The notes beneath the pieces were generated by a model. That model was not told the origin of the DNA. It saw only the letters and a program-made list of their open reading frames with translations, and made no database searches. A stretch of 64,000 bases of DNA, from positions 18,978-82,977 of IMG/VR virus record IMGVR_UViG_3300022540_000472. One strand, 5' to 3'. Source of the stretch: a virus. The translations under genes were made by a program, and so were the position numbers. This document shows, in pieces, positions 37,871-47,029 of the stretch. How positions within the stretch are numbered: the first letter of the stretch is position 1; each line of letters starts with the position of its first letter.

Positions 37871-38281
37871 TTAACCTTCCATCTTATGGACTGCTATGTT
37901 GCAATTCTGTAGAAAGGTAAGGCCTTCTGTGCCTCTGTATTCTTCGGCATAGAAGACCTCACTTATTCCTGATTGAGCTATTAATTTTGCACAATCCATA
38001 CATGGAGAGCATGTTATGAAAGCGATAGCTCCCTCGCCTGACTCGTGATTTCGGGCCAGTTTCGTAAGGGCATTTGCTTCTGCATGTAATGTTTCGTTCT
38101 TTGTGACGTTATTGTTGTCTTCGCAACAATTATCCCATCCTGATGGAGTTCCATTGAATCCAATCGAGATAATTCTATCGTCCTTGACGATTACGCAGCC
38201 CACCTGTTTCCGCTTGCAATATGACAATTCAGCATATATGTGGGCGACCCTCATGTGGGCGTTTGCGTATCTTGTTTTCAT
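37871..38281 (-). CDS. dCMP deaminase
   Basis: KQVGCVI; GFNGTP; HAEANA; PCMDC; start moved to MKTRY at 38281. Confidence 0.93.
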   Translation of the reverse strand: MKTRYANAHMRVAHIYAELSYCKRKQVGCVIVKDDRIISIGFNGTPSGWDNCCEDNNNVTKNETLHAEANALTKLARNHESGEGAIAFITCSPCMDCAKLIAQSGISEVFYAEEYRGTEGLTFLQNCNIAVHKMEG

Positions 38282-38363
38282 GAGGTTAATCCTATTTATT
38301 ATTGTTATCAATGAGCAGATAATATACAACAAACAAAAGGGGTTAGTCAACATATATTTTTTG

Positions 38364-38392
38364 TTGACCTTTCCCATGTAATTTAGTATGCT
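38364..38392 (+). promoter_or_regulatory. sigma70 promoter for RNA ligase (divergent from dCMP deaminase)
   Basis: TTGACC-N17-TATGCT. Confidence 0.6.
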
Positions 38393-38431
38393 TATTATAC
38401 ACAAACACATATTAGAATTCAAGGGTAAACA

Positions 38432-39406
38432 ATGAAAAAATTCTCAAGCATTGAACAGTTTCGACATGTTGTCAAATCCGTACAGTTGTACTTTGAGCGT
38501 ACAGATCGGCCAACGGAAGTACCAACTCAGCACTTCACAGGTACAGTTAAGCTGCATGGTACGAATGCAGGTATCCGTAGGTCTGCGAGTGGAAAAATAC
38601 AAGCACAATCTCGTGAACAGATTATCAGCCCAACATGCGACAACTATGGTTTTGCAAAATATGTCGAAGAAATTCCTCATAATGAACTAAACAAACTATT
38701 TGACCGCATTACTCCTATTACTGACGCCAATATTACAATATATGGGGAATGGATAGGTAAAGGTATACAGAGTGGTGTTGGTGTTAGCGAATTAGACAAA
38801 CAATGGGTTATATTTGGTGCTCACGTAAATGATGAATATGTTCCCAATCAGTATTTTTGGCGACTTGATGCATTCAACATCTTTAATATTTTAGATATTG
38901 ACACTTATCAAATTACCATCGACTTCAAAAATCCTGGTGATGCTATCGAAAAACTTGAACAACTAACTAAAGAAGTTGAGGACCAATGTCCTTGGTCATA
39001 TTCATTTGGCGTTAAAGGCATAGGTGAAGGAATTGTTTGGACTTGTGACGAACGTCCTGATGATTCTGGATTGTGGTTTAAAACTAAAGGCGACAAGCAT
39101 TCAGGTAAGAAAAAATCAGGTAAAAAGATTGCAACGATTGACCCACAGAAAGTAGAAAGTATCGAAAAATGTGTCGATATCATTCTTACGGAAGGTCGCC
39201 TTGTTCAAGGACTTGAGCATTTGAAAGAAAACCATCTCGACTTTGAAATGAAAAACATGGGCAAATATCTCAAATGGATTGGTCAGGATACACAGAAGGA
39301 AGAAATTGATACTGTGGAGGCAAATGACCTTGAGTGGAAGGATGTAGCAAAATTAGTTACGTCACGTGCAAAGAAGTTTTTCATGGACAAATACAATGAG
39401 TTCTAA
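38432..39406 (+). CDS. RNA ligase, Rnl2-like
   Basis: Motif I TVKLHGTNA; QSR; YGEW; GEGIV; FKTK. Confidence 0.85.
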   Translation: MKKFSSIEQFRHVVKSVQLYFERTDRPTEVPTQHFTGTVKLHGTNAGIRRSASGKIQAQSREQIISPTCDNYGFAKYVEEIPHNELNKLFDRITPITDANITIYGEWIGKGIQSGVGVSELDKQWVIFGAHVNDEYVPNQYFWRLDAFNIFNILDIDTYQITIDFKNPGDAIEKLEQLTKEVEDQCPWSYSFGVKGIGEGIVWTCDERPDDSGLWFKTKGDKHSGKKKSGKKIATIDPQKVESIEKCVDIILTEGRLVQGLEHLKENHLDFEMKNMGKYLKWIGQDTQKEEIDTVEANDLEWKDVAKLVTSRAKKFFMDKYNEF

Positions 39407-39414
39407 ATACATGT

Positions 39415-39618
39415 ATGACTCAAAACGAAAAGGATGCTCTTCTTAATTATCTTGATTTTCAATTACTAACATATGTAGAGAATTTTGAGAGACATGTAGA
39501 TAGTGACGTAATGCGACAAATGTATGATGATGCGTATGCATTATTGATAGACTTAGATATCACCCTTGATACTCAAATGAAAATGCACCGAGAAATAGGG
39601 ACTAGAAAAAAGAGTTGA
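39415..39618 (+). CDS. Hypothetical protein
   Basis: Short ORF after the ligase. Confidence 0.6.
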   Translation: MTQNEKDALLNYLDFQLLTYVENFERHVDSDVMRQMYDDAYALLIDLDITLDTQMKMHREIGTRKKS

Positions 39619-39704
39619 CTTTCTTCATCAATTAGATGATAATTAATTTTGGAGTTGCGACATTGTGTTGTAACATGTAGTAACCACCTGAAAAGGGTAA
39701 TAAA

Positions 39705-39947
39705 ATGGCGTATGAGTCAAAAATAATCAATAGAGACCAGGTTATCAAATACCTGAATCATGCTTTTTCGAAAGCTACCCAACAATTTGGAGCCAAAAAT
39801 ATTATTGGCACTGAATTGCATAACCATCAAGTTAATTATTGTTATCTTATTAACGAAATTAAACTTGGTCCAAGTTATATGGTTCCAAAAGTTATAGCTG
39901 AAGCTAATCGGCTAATCGACGGAATAACATTCCACAATAACGTATAA
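39705..39947 (+). CDS. Hypothetical protein
   Basis: Preceded by TTGACT-N17-GATAAT (39615-39643). Confidence 0.65.
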   Translation: MAYESKIINRDQVIKYLNHAFSKATQQFGAKNIIGTELHNHQVNYCYLINEIKLGPSYMVPKVIAEANRLIDGITFHNNV

Positions 39948-39955
39948 TAGTAATA

Positions 39956-40000
39956 TAGTTTCCTCCTATATCGTTGTAGTATAAATATAGGAGGAAACTA
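39956..40000 (+). promoter_or_regulatory. 16-bp perfect inverted repeat sequestering an RBS, with a late promoter in and beside the loop
   Basis: TAGTTTCCTCCTATAT (39956-39971) / ATATAGGAGGAAACTA (39985-40000); TATAAATA 39980-39987; ATG 40003. Confidence 0.8.
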
Positions 40001-40002
40001 AT

Positions 40003-40584
40003 ATGCTAATAAACGACATTCTTCACCCAGCCACTACAACTAACGAATTTCACGTGATTGTAGAATATTGTTCTGATTTTATTACTGAATCGGAAGGGTT
40101 ACCATTGGTTAAAAGTCTTCCAATGACCTACAACGATATACATAAAGTTAAAGTTCGCCTCCACAAAAAGAAGAATGATTTTATAGAAACATTCAATCAA
40201 GCGTTTACTAATGAAATAAGAAATCTCCGCCAACGTGCCATCTTTGCTTCAAGTTCTCCTGCAAATATTCAAGTGAATGAGAGTGATGAAATGTTCTACG
40301 TGTTCCCAACAAATGGGTACAAGTTCTTTTATAATAAAGAAGTTGCGAATTCAAATGAAGATTATAAGCAAGCGTTCGATACTATACTCGAACAACTTGG
40401 TGGGAATAATGATGAAGCAGTTCAAGTTATTGCAGATTTGTTAAAATACACATATACATCAAAAAACCTAATTGAGGGTATACAAAATGAATCAGAGATT
40501 ATCTTATACAACATCCCATTTTATTACGCTGTTCGGGCTTCAGTATTCCCCGAATATGATGAATTGTTGACATCTTTAATATAA
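40003..40584 (+). CDS. Hypothetical late protein
   Basis: Late promoter and AGGAGG RBS; no motif assigned. Confidence 0.8.
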   Translation: MLINDILHPATTTNEFHVIVEYCSDFITESEGLPLVKSLPMTYNDIHKVKVRLHKKKNDFIETFNQAFTNEIRNLRQRAIFASSSPANIQVNESDEMFYVFPTNGYKFFYNKEVANSNEDYKQAFDTILEQLGGNNDEAVQVIADLLKYTYTSKNLIEGIQNESEIILYNIPFYYAVRASVFPEYDELLTSLI

Positions 40585-40623
40585 ACCTCTATAATATACG
40601 ATTATACAAAATAAGGAAGAGTT

Positions 40624-40902
40624 ATGTTTTTTCATGCGGTTGATTATTTACTCTACCATTTACAAACAGATTCTGTTTGGTTAAACAGAATCAAGTGGTT
40701 TGCTAATATCAATATGTATATTAGTGCAATCATGATATCATTTTCAATAGCTTTTTCAGCATCTGCTTGGGCATTTGTTGGATTTTTTATCGCACACATC
40801 ATTTGGTTGGTGGCAGCGTTTGCTATGAAAGACAAGCCATTAATGGCATTAAACGGGTTTTTTATCCCATTAGACCTGTATGCTATGGTAATCAGATTCT
40901 AA
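40624..40902 (+). CDS. Small 3-TM membrane protein
   Basis: Hydrophobic throughout. Confidence 0.7.
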   Translation: MFFHAVDYLLYHLQTDSVWLNRIKWFANINMYISAIMISFSIAFSASAWAFVGFFIAHIIWLVAAFAMKDKPLMALNGFFIPLDLYAMVIRF

Positions 40903-40932
40903 CAATAAATATAATAATAATAGGAGACAAAC

Positions 40933-41217
40933 ATGTCCGAAGTTCAAGTATACAAATTAATCACTGGTGAAGAAGTAATTTCTAGAATTGGTGAAGAAAA
41001 AGAAACTACCATTACATTAGTAAAACCTCGTGTAGTTGCAATTGGTCCAGGTCCTGGTGGACAAATGAGTATTACACTTATTCCTCTACTTGCAAGCAAT
41101 CCTGACGGTGACCTTGAACTTGAAAAGTCAGCTATCGTCGGTAGACCAAATGGTGAAATCGCCAAAGAACTTGAAGCTGGATATCTTGAACAAACAACAG
41201 GGCTTGCATTGGTTTAA
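40933..41217 (+). CDS. Small beta-rich protein (Sm-like fold suspected) of a type common in T4-like phages
   Basis: YKLITGEEVISRI...ITLVKPRVV. Confidence 0.6.
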   Translation: MSEVQVYKLITGEEVISRIGEEKETTITLVKPRVVAIGPGPGGQMSITLIPLLASNPDGDLELEKSAIVGRPNGEIAKELEAGYLEQTTGLALV

Positions 41218-41219
41218 TT

Positions 41220-42209
41220 ATGGCTATTGTCGTTTATAAGTGTGATGTGTGTGACCGTGAAATAGATATACTCCAAAACTTGAAAGGATTGGAGACGGTC
41301 GGGCGGTGCGTAATCACTGATGGTTGCCGAGGTAATCTTTTTGAGATTGCTACACATAAAGATTTTATTCGTGGAACGTTTCCAGATGCCGTTTCTGGAT
41401 TGTCTGATTGGACACAACGGAAAATATTATATAACCACACACAATCCGTTGCGACTGTTCAATGGAGAGTTGAACACAACCTTGGCGTAAATCCTTCAGT
41501 TCAAGTATTTGGTGAAAGACAATCATCTGGAAGTGAAGTTGAGCTTGTGGAGATTGAACCTGATTCAATTGTGATTGAAGATGAAAATATTTTAATATTA
41601 AACTTCTCACGAACTGAATCTGGTGTTGCACAATGTATAGCTCGGTCTTCCCGACCTATTATTGATGACTCTCGTGTTGTCGCGACTGTGGCTGATGGTA
41701 TAGAACCATTCCAACTTACATCAAGTTCAAGATTATCAATTGCGACATTAGATGATTCTACGAATATTGATGTTACACTTTCATTTACAACTCCAAATGG
41801 TGATGTAACCGATTTGACATATACAGTTGATGACACACCATCTATTATTTCACCTTGGTCTGACTTTGATAAGGTATTGCTCCATAGCAAATTATACACA
41901 GTCAGAAGTTTTGATTTAATTAGTAAAGTCGAATTAACAGACGGAACAATCGTTGATAGTTCTTCTGTGTATATCAAGAATATAAAAACATCATCAGATG
42001 TTGCTGCACGAGCTATGACCTCAGAAGAAGTGATAATACTTCTTGCAGATAGTCCGTATGCAATATATGATAAGCTCACAGACCAATTCATTGACCCAAC
42101 ACCAATTGGAATTAACGAAGCTGCATTCTCATTTTATTATGCAAATAGTGAAATATTTGGGTATGATAACCTAATAGAAACCATTTTCCCTCACATACGA
42201 GAAGTATAA
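41220..42209 (+). CDS. Hypothetical, probably virion-associated protein
   Basis: N-terminal CDVC...C...C; WRVEHNLGVNPSVQVF motif; beta-rich. Confidence 0.6.
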   Translation: MAIVVYKCDVCDREIDILQNLKGLETVGRCVITDGCRGNLFEIATHKDFIRGTFPDAVSGLSDWTQRKILYNHTQSVATVQWRVEHNLGVNPSVQVFGERQSSGSEVELVEIEPDSIVIEDENILILNFSRTESGVAQCIARSSRPIIDDSRVVATVADGIEPFQLTSSSRLSIATLDDSTNIDVTLSFTTPNGDVTDLTYTVDDTPSIISPWSDFDKVLLHSKLYTVRSFDLISKVELTDGTIVDSSSVYIKNIKTSSDVAARAMTSEEVIILLADSPYAIYDKLTDQFIDPTPIGINEAAFSFYYANSEIFGYDNLIETIFPHIREV

Positions 42210-42270
42210 CCGTTGATGGTTTTTCGTTCTTGTTGTATACTACATCCATAACTATAATAAGAAGAATACA

Positions 42271-43590
42271 TTGGATATAAAAAAACAAAAATTATTAACA
42301 GAATATTTGATATCATCTGCTGACACATTTGCTTTATGTGCTTCGATCATTCAACCTGAATATTTTGATCCCGAACTCCGTAATACTATTTCTTTTATCA
42401 AGAAATATTACGATGAGTATAATTCAACACCAACAGAATCACAAATAGAAGGCGAGACTGGTGTTGAGCTAAAAATACAAGAAGTCACCAAAGATCAAGT
42501 TTCATATTGTTCAAATGAAATCGAATCTTTTTGTAAACGAAAAGCTATTGAAAAAGCAATCCTATCATCTCCTGCTTTAATTGATAAAGGAGATTATGGT
42601 AAAGTCGAAGAAATAATAAGAGATGCAATAACTGTTTCTCTTAATAGAGATTTGGGATTATTATATTCTGATGATCCTGAAGAGCGATTAAGACGATTAG
42701 CAAATACAGAAGAAACAACTTCTACAAATTGGAAAGAGGTTGACGAACTTTTAAATGGTGGTATCGTTCGTAAGCAGATGTTATTATTCTCTGCTAACTC
42801 TGGTGGTGGTAAATCTATTGCTATGGCTAACCTTGGATTAAACTTCGCTCAACAAGGATTGAATGTTCTTTATATTTCGCTTGAATTATCAGAAGAGATG
42901 GTATCATTACGATACGATAGTATGGTCACAGGTATTTCGGCTGCAGGGTGGCAATATAAGATTAGTGAAATTGCTACAAAGGTTGAATCAGCTATACAAA
43001 ATATGGGCGAAATCACTATTAAGTATATGAACGCTGGGTCCAATTCGAATGATATAAGAGCATACTTAAAAGAATTTGAACTAACATATGGATATACTCC
43101 AGATGCAATTATTGTTGATTACCTTGACTTGATGGGTACAAATGAATTCATATCAGCTGATAATGTGTTCGAGAAAGATAAAGCGGCTGCAGAACAATTA
43201 CGTAATATTGCAAATGATTATAACGCATTTATGATTACAGCAGCTCAACAAAATAGGACTGCGGTCGGACAAACAGATTTGAACCATAGCCACATTGCAG
43301 GTGGCATAAGTAAAATTAACACAACAGATGTATACATTTCCATTATAATGAATGATGCGATGAGAGCAAATGGGGAAATTGCATTTATGTTCCTTAAAAC
43401 ACGATCAAGTGATGGTGTGGGTAAAACAATATATCTAAAATGGGATGGGTCATCATTGAGAATTACAGACCCTGATGGTGGAGGACATACAACTCCATTA
43501 AACTTAAAGAGCCCAAAAGCAAAAAATGGTAGTGAAGATTTTTTAAATCAACCAAGTGGCAAAGGGTTAATTGACCTTATGCAAATTTAG
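42271..43590 (+). CDS. Replicative DnaB-like helicase (T4 gp41-like)
   Basis: SANSGGGKS; YISLELSEE; IIVDYLDLM; TAAQQNR; KTRSS. Confidence 0.93.
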   Translation: MDIKKQKLLTEYLISSADTFALCASIIQPEYFDPELRNTISFIKKYYDEYNSTPTESQIEGETGVELKIQEVTKDQVSYCSNEIESFCKRKAIEKAILSSPALIDKGDYGKVEEIIRDAITVSLNRDLGLLYSDDPEERLRRLANTEETTSTNWKEVDELLNGGIVRKQMLLFSANSGGGKSIAMANLGLNFAQQGLNVLYISLELSEEMVSLRYDSMVTGISAAGWQYKISEIATKVESAIQNMGEITIKYMNAGSNSNDIRAYLKEFELTYGYTPDAIIVDYLDLMGTNEFISADNVFEKDKAAAEQLRNIANDYNAFMITAAQQNRTAVGQTDLNHSHIAGGISKINTTDVYISIIMNDAMRANGEIAFMFLKTRSSDGVGKTIYLKWDGSSLRITDPDGGGHTTPLNLKSPKAKNGSEDFLNQPSGKGLIDLMQI

Positions 43591-43619
43591 TTGACATAAA
43601 TACAGAATACATATATAAT
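43591..43619 (+). promoter_or_regulatory. sigma70 promoter overlapping a late-type CATAAATA
   Basis: TTGACA-N17-TATAAT; CATAAATA 43595-43602. Confidence 0.8.
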
Positions 43620-43643
43620 ACAAATATAAAATAGGAGAATAGA

Positions 43644-43952
43644 ATGAAAGTAGAAGCAATTTCAATTATTAACGTTGATGAAGTACCTTATGCAGTAAGC
43701 GATATGTCGGAAGATGTAAAACGTTTAGTTGAATTTTACAATGAGTGGCGTCAAAAAGAATCAGATATCAAATCTGAATTAATGTTGGTTCAAGCTGGAC
43801 AACGTGACCTTTCTCGTGAAATCATCACTACAATTCGCAGAGAGAAAGAAGCGGCAGAAGTGGCAAAGGCTGCAGTAGAAGCGGCAAAGGCTGAAGCGAC
43901 AGCAGCAAATGATGCAGCTGATGCTACAGAAGGTGAAATTGTCGATGCTTAA
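43644..43952 (+). CDS. Coiled-coil hypothetical protein
   Basis: GGAG RBS; Ala/Glu-rich helical tail. Confidence 0.75.
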   Translation: MKVEAISIINVDEVPYAVSDMSEDVKRLVEFYNEWRQKESDIKSELMLVQAGQRDLSREIITTIRREKEAAEVAKAAVEAAKAEATAANDAADATEGEIVDA

Positions 43953-44268
43953 AGAAGGTGAAATTCAAAACATACGGTACACAAAAGCAAATGCTGATAG
44001 TGGAACTATGGACAGATTTGAAGTCACTGAACGTGTCATCATTCCAACATTCATTCCAAAACCTAACATAAAAGCAATTGATGTGACTGATCTTTCAGAA
44101 GAAGATCGTATTCAATTACAAGATATGTTAAAAGAGTATAACCAATATGTGAAAGACTGCTCAAAAACAACATTTTCATTTGATAAATGGGCTGAACATT
44201 CAAAGAATACAGATATTAGTAATGTGAAATATCGTACATTCAAACTTGATAGTACCGAAATTCTATAA
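43945..44268 (+). CDS. Hypothetical protein
   Basis: Start MLKEGE overlapping the previous gene end. Confidence 0.7.
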   Translation: MLKEGEIQNIRYTKANADSGTMDRFEVTERVIIPTFIPKPNIKAIDVTDLSEEDRIQLQDMLKEYNQYVKDCSKTTFSFDKWAEHSKNTDISNVKYRTFKLDSTEIL

Positions 44269-44291
44269 ATCCCCACATTTTGTCTCAAATA

Positions 44292-44325
44292 AACCCAGTT
44301 ATCGTAAGATGCTGGGTTCCTTTTT
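44292..44325 (+). terminator. Probable Rho-independent terminator
   Basis: AACCCAG...CTGGGTT stem followed by CCTTTTT. Confidence 0.6.
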
Positions 44326-44421
44326 GTCTGCCATAAATACATTACACAACCAAACACGAAATTCGTGCATTGTATGCGTTACCACTATAAATACATAAGA
44401 TGCTGAAATAGGAAAATAATT

Positions 44422-45402
44422 ATGTCATTATTGCGAACATTAATCAAAGAAGAAGCTGCGGAAGGTGCTACAAGTGCTGGCGATATCGCTGGAGTCCGTA
44501 GTCCGTTGGGATCTGAACCTACCGAAAAAGTAAAAGTGAATAAAAAGAAGAAGAAAAAGAAACATTCTCTACTCAAACGAATGACAGTTGGTGAAGGTGT
44601 TGAAGATAAATTTGATTCAGCAGATGTTATTTCTAAATTAAAATCCGCTGAAAAAAGTGCTTCTGTTGAAAATGATACCGTATCATTTGGTCTTGAAGAT
44701 GAAAATGGTGAAATGGTTAAAGTATATGTAAAAGCTGACCAAGCTGAAGAATTTGAAAAAGCTCTTGAAACTGCTCTCGCAGGTAAAGATGATGACGATG
44801 ACGATGAAAATTCAACATTTGAAATTGCTGAAGTTCTATTCGATTTAAAAGATAAGTTTGATATAATTGATGTTGAATGGGGTGCAATTCCAGAAGACGA
44901 AGAAGAGAATCAAGAAGTAGAAGGTGAAGGCGATGAACTTGGTTTAGGCGATGAAGAAGGTGATCTCGGTGATGAAGAAGGTGATCTCGGTGATGAAGAA
45001 ATGGTCGCTGATGAAATGGGTGATGAAGAAGATGCTAAGACGGCATTAACTCAAGTTATTGATATGATGAAAGCGGATGCGGAAGCTAAGAAAGCTGAGG
45101 CAGATGCTAAGAAAGCTGAGGCAGATGCCAAGTCTGCAGAATATGCTGCTAAGGCGGCCGGTGAAAAAGTTAAGCAGGAAGAAGAAATTCTTGATATGGA
45201 GACATATAACAAAGACAAGGCTACTGCAGATAAAGAGGCAAAGAAACTTGCTCAACTCGCAAAATACAAACACGATTTATCATCTGATAGCGTAAGCGAA
45301 GAAGAACCAGCCCTTCCAGAAGAAGAGGAAGAAATGGGTAAGGAAACTTTAACAGTAGATGAATTAACAGATTTATTAAGACGACGACTTCAAGCAAATT
45401 AA
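44422..45402 (+). CDS. Highly acidic late protein, possible prohead core/scaffold
   Basis: TATAAATA at 44386; D/E-rich; 21-bp tandem repeats at 44950-45000 and 45085-45126; coiled coil. Confidence 0.55.
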   Translation: MSLLRTLIKEEAAEGATSAGDIAGVRSPLGSEPTEKVKVNKKKKKKKHSLLKRMTVGEGVEDKFDSADVISKLKSAEKSASVENDTVSFGLEDENGEMVKVYVKADQAEEFEKALETALAGKDDDDDDENSTFEIAEVLFDLKDKFDIIDVEWGAIPEDEEENQEVEGEGDELGLGDEEGDLGDEEGDLGDEEMVADEMGDEEDAKTALTQVIDMMKADAEAKKAEADAKKAEADAKSAEYAAKAAGEKVKQEEEILDMETYNKDKATADKEAKKLAQLAKYKHDLSSDSVSEEEPALPEEEEEMGKETLTVDELTDLLRRRLQAN

Positions 45403-45413
45403 GGGGATTTAAA

Positions 45414-45989
45414 ATGGCGAAGGAAAGATTAAGCAGAAGCGATAGTGGAATAGATGCACTTGTTCGAGCTTTTATGAAAGATGGAATGGGACTAACCCCA
45501 AAGACTATTAGTCTTATGATGAAACGTATAGTTGATAGTGGTGAGTTTGCAGATATGAAAAACCACATAAGAAATTTGAGTGGGAGTACACACAAACGAA
45601 TTAATCAAGCTATTGATATGGCAGAAGAAGATGCTGCAAAAAATAAATCAAAATCCAAGCGTAGAGAAGAACCAGAAAAAGAAGAAGGGGCTGAGCCAGA
45701 AGATGAAAAGAAACCTGAAGAAAAGAAAGAAGTTAAAGAAGGTAAATTGACCTTTATGAATCATCTTCTAAATGAAGTTGGGACCGCTGCAGGAAATGAA
45801 CCAGCTGCTGTAACGATGGATGTAAATCCTGAAGACCTTCGTGATCCTGTTAAGAAGAGAGAAGCAATGTTACAACAAAGAAAAACGAAGAGCAAGCCTC
45901 AACAAGAACGAGCGATTCGCGAAAAAATCAAAGAACTTCAAGACAAGCTTAAAGCATTACGTTCTGGTGGCGACATGGGAGGTATGTAA
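45414..45989 (+). CDS. Charged late protein, possible internal head protein
   Basis: E/K-rich; in the late cluster. Confidence 0.55.
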   Translation: MAKERLSRSDSGIDALVRAFMKDGMGLTPKTISLMMKRIVDSGEFADMKNHIRNLSGSTHKRINQAIDMAEEDAAKNKSKSKRREEPEKEEGAEPEDEKKPEEKKEVKEGKLTFMNHLLNEVGTAAGNEPAAVTMDVNPEDLRDPVKKREAMLQQRKTKSKPQQERAIREKIKELQDKLKALRSGGDMGGM

Positions 45990-46333
45990 TGTTTCTTGAT
46001 GAAATTTTATATGAATGTGAAGTGATTTATACTGATGAAGAGGGTAATACTCTCAATGAAGCTGCACTGAGACAGTTTAAACGTTTTGGGTCAGTAATTA
46101 AACGACAATACCGTTGCACTTCTGGACCAAAAAAAGGTAAGATAGTAGCTTCTCCACAATCTTGTAGCCAACGTAAAGACCCACGTAAAGTCCGTCACGG
46201 TAAAAAAGTTGCAAGGACGAAGAAAGGAATACGGGTTCGTAAGACAGCGATTGCTAAAAGAAAGTCAATTTCTAAAATGGTTACAAAAATGAACCAAAGA
46301 TTATCTGGTAAACGACCAGTGGCGACAAAATAA
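45989..46333 (+). CDS. Late protein with acidic leader and very basic body, possible packaged DNA-binding protein
   Basis: MFLDEILYE...LNE|AA then K/R-rich. Confidence 0.55.
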   Translation: MFLDEILYECEVIYTDEEGNTLNEAALRQFKRFGSVIKRQYRCTSGPKKGKIVASPQSCSQRKDPRKVRHGKKVARTKKGIRVRKTAIAKRKSISKMVTKMNQRLSGKRPVATK

Positions 46334-46363
46334 GCGGCTAAATAAAACTTAATAAATATATGT

Positions 46364-47029
46364 ATGACATTCAATCACACAAACATTCCACAATTCAACG
46401 AACTTGATGCTAAAATTGTCAATGGGAAGCGTTATTATACGACTCCCACTGGCAAGAAGTATCCATCCATAACAACAATCCTTAGCTCCAAACCAAAACC
46501 ATATCTTGAAGCATGGCGACAATCTCTTGGTGTGGCCAAAGCTGATAAAGAAACAAAACGATGTGCTGATAGAGGGACTGTAGTTCATCTTTTAGCTGAA
46601 AAATATCTAAACAATGAAGAAAATTTCACGAAAGGTGAAAAAGTTGAAAATGTTCGTTTGTTTAATCAAATCAAGCTTCGCCTCAATAAAATCAATAATA
46701 TCCGCGCTCAAGAAGTACCACTTTATAGTGATAGATTAGAGATTGCTGGTCGTGTTGATTGCGTGGGAGAATATGACGGTACGCTTTCTATCATTGATTT
46801 TAAGACGTCCAACAATAACAAGACAGCAGATATGATTGAAGATTATTTCATTCAATGTACTGCGTATGCTATTATGTATCATGAATTATTTGGTGAGGCT
46901 ATTGAAGATATTGTTGTAATAATTGCAGTCGAGAAGGGAATGATGCCAATGGTGTATAGGCGCAAAATTGATGATTATATTGCACCGTTGTTGGAACGTA
47001 TAAATACATTCCAGAAGGAGAACTCTTAA
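46364..47029 (+). CDS. PD-(D/E)XK (Cas4-like) exonuclease
   Basis: YPSITTIL; RGT.VH; E..L.S....AGRVD; IIDFKTS; YFIQCTAYA. Confidence 0.88.
   Translation: MTFNHTNIPQFNELDAKIVNGKRYYTTPTGKKYPSITTILSSKPKPYLEAWRQSLGVAKADKETKRCADRGTVVHLLAEKYLNNEENFTKGEKVENVRLFNQIKLRLNKINNIRAQEVPLYSDRLEIAGRVDCVGEYDGTLSIIDFKTSNNNKTADMIEDYFIQCTAYAIMYHELFGEAIEDIVVIIAVEKGMMPMVYRRKIDDYIAPLLERINTFQKENS

Noticed and set aside
6648-38422. Longer starts offered by the ORF track (6648, 11913, 13520, 13923, 22514, 24657, 25669, 28054, 30139, 38422)
   Set aside because: Downstream starts have a proper RBS, stop/start coupling or promoter spacing; the longer versions overlap upstream genes or promoters
44950-45126. 21-bp tandem repeats as a regulatory or CRISPR-like array
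   Set aside because: In-frame low-complexity coding repeats (DEEGDLG, AKKAEAD) with no spacers
46364-47029. Cas4-like nuclease as a sign of a CRISPR locus
   Set aside because: No repeat-spacer array or other cas genes seen in the window; stand-alone PD-(D/E)XK exonucleases are common in T4-like phages
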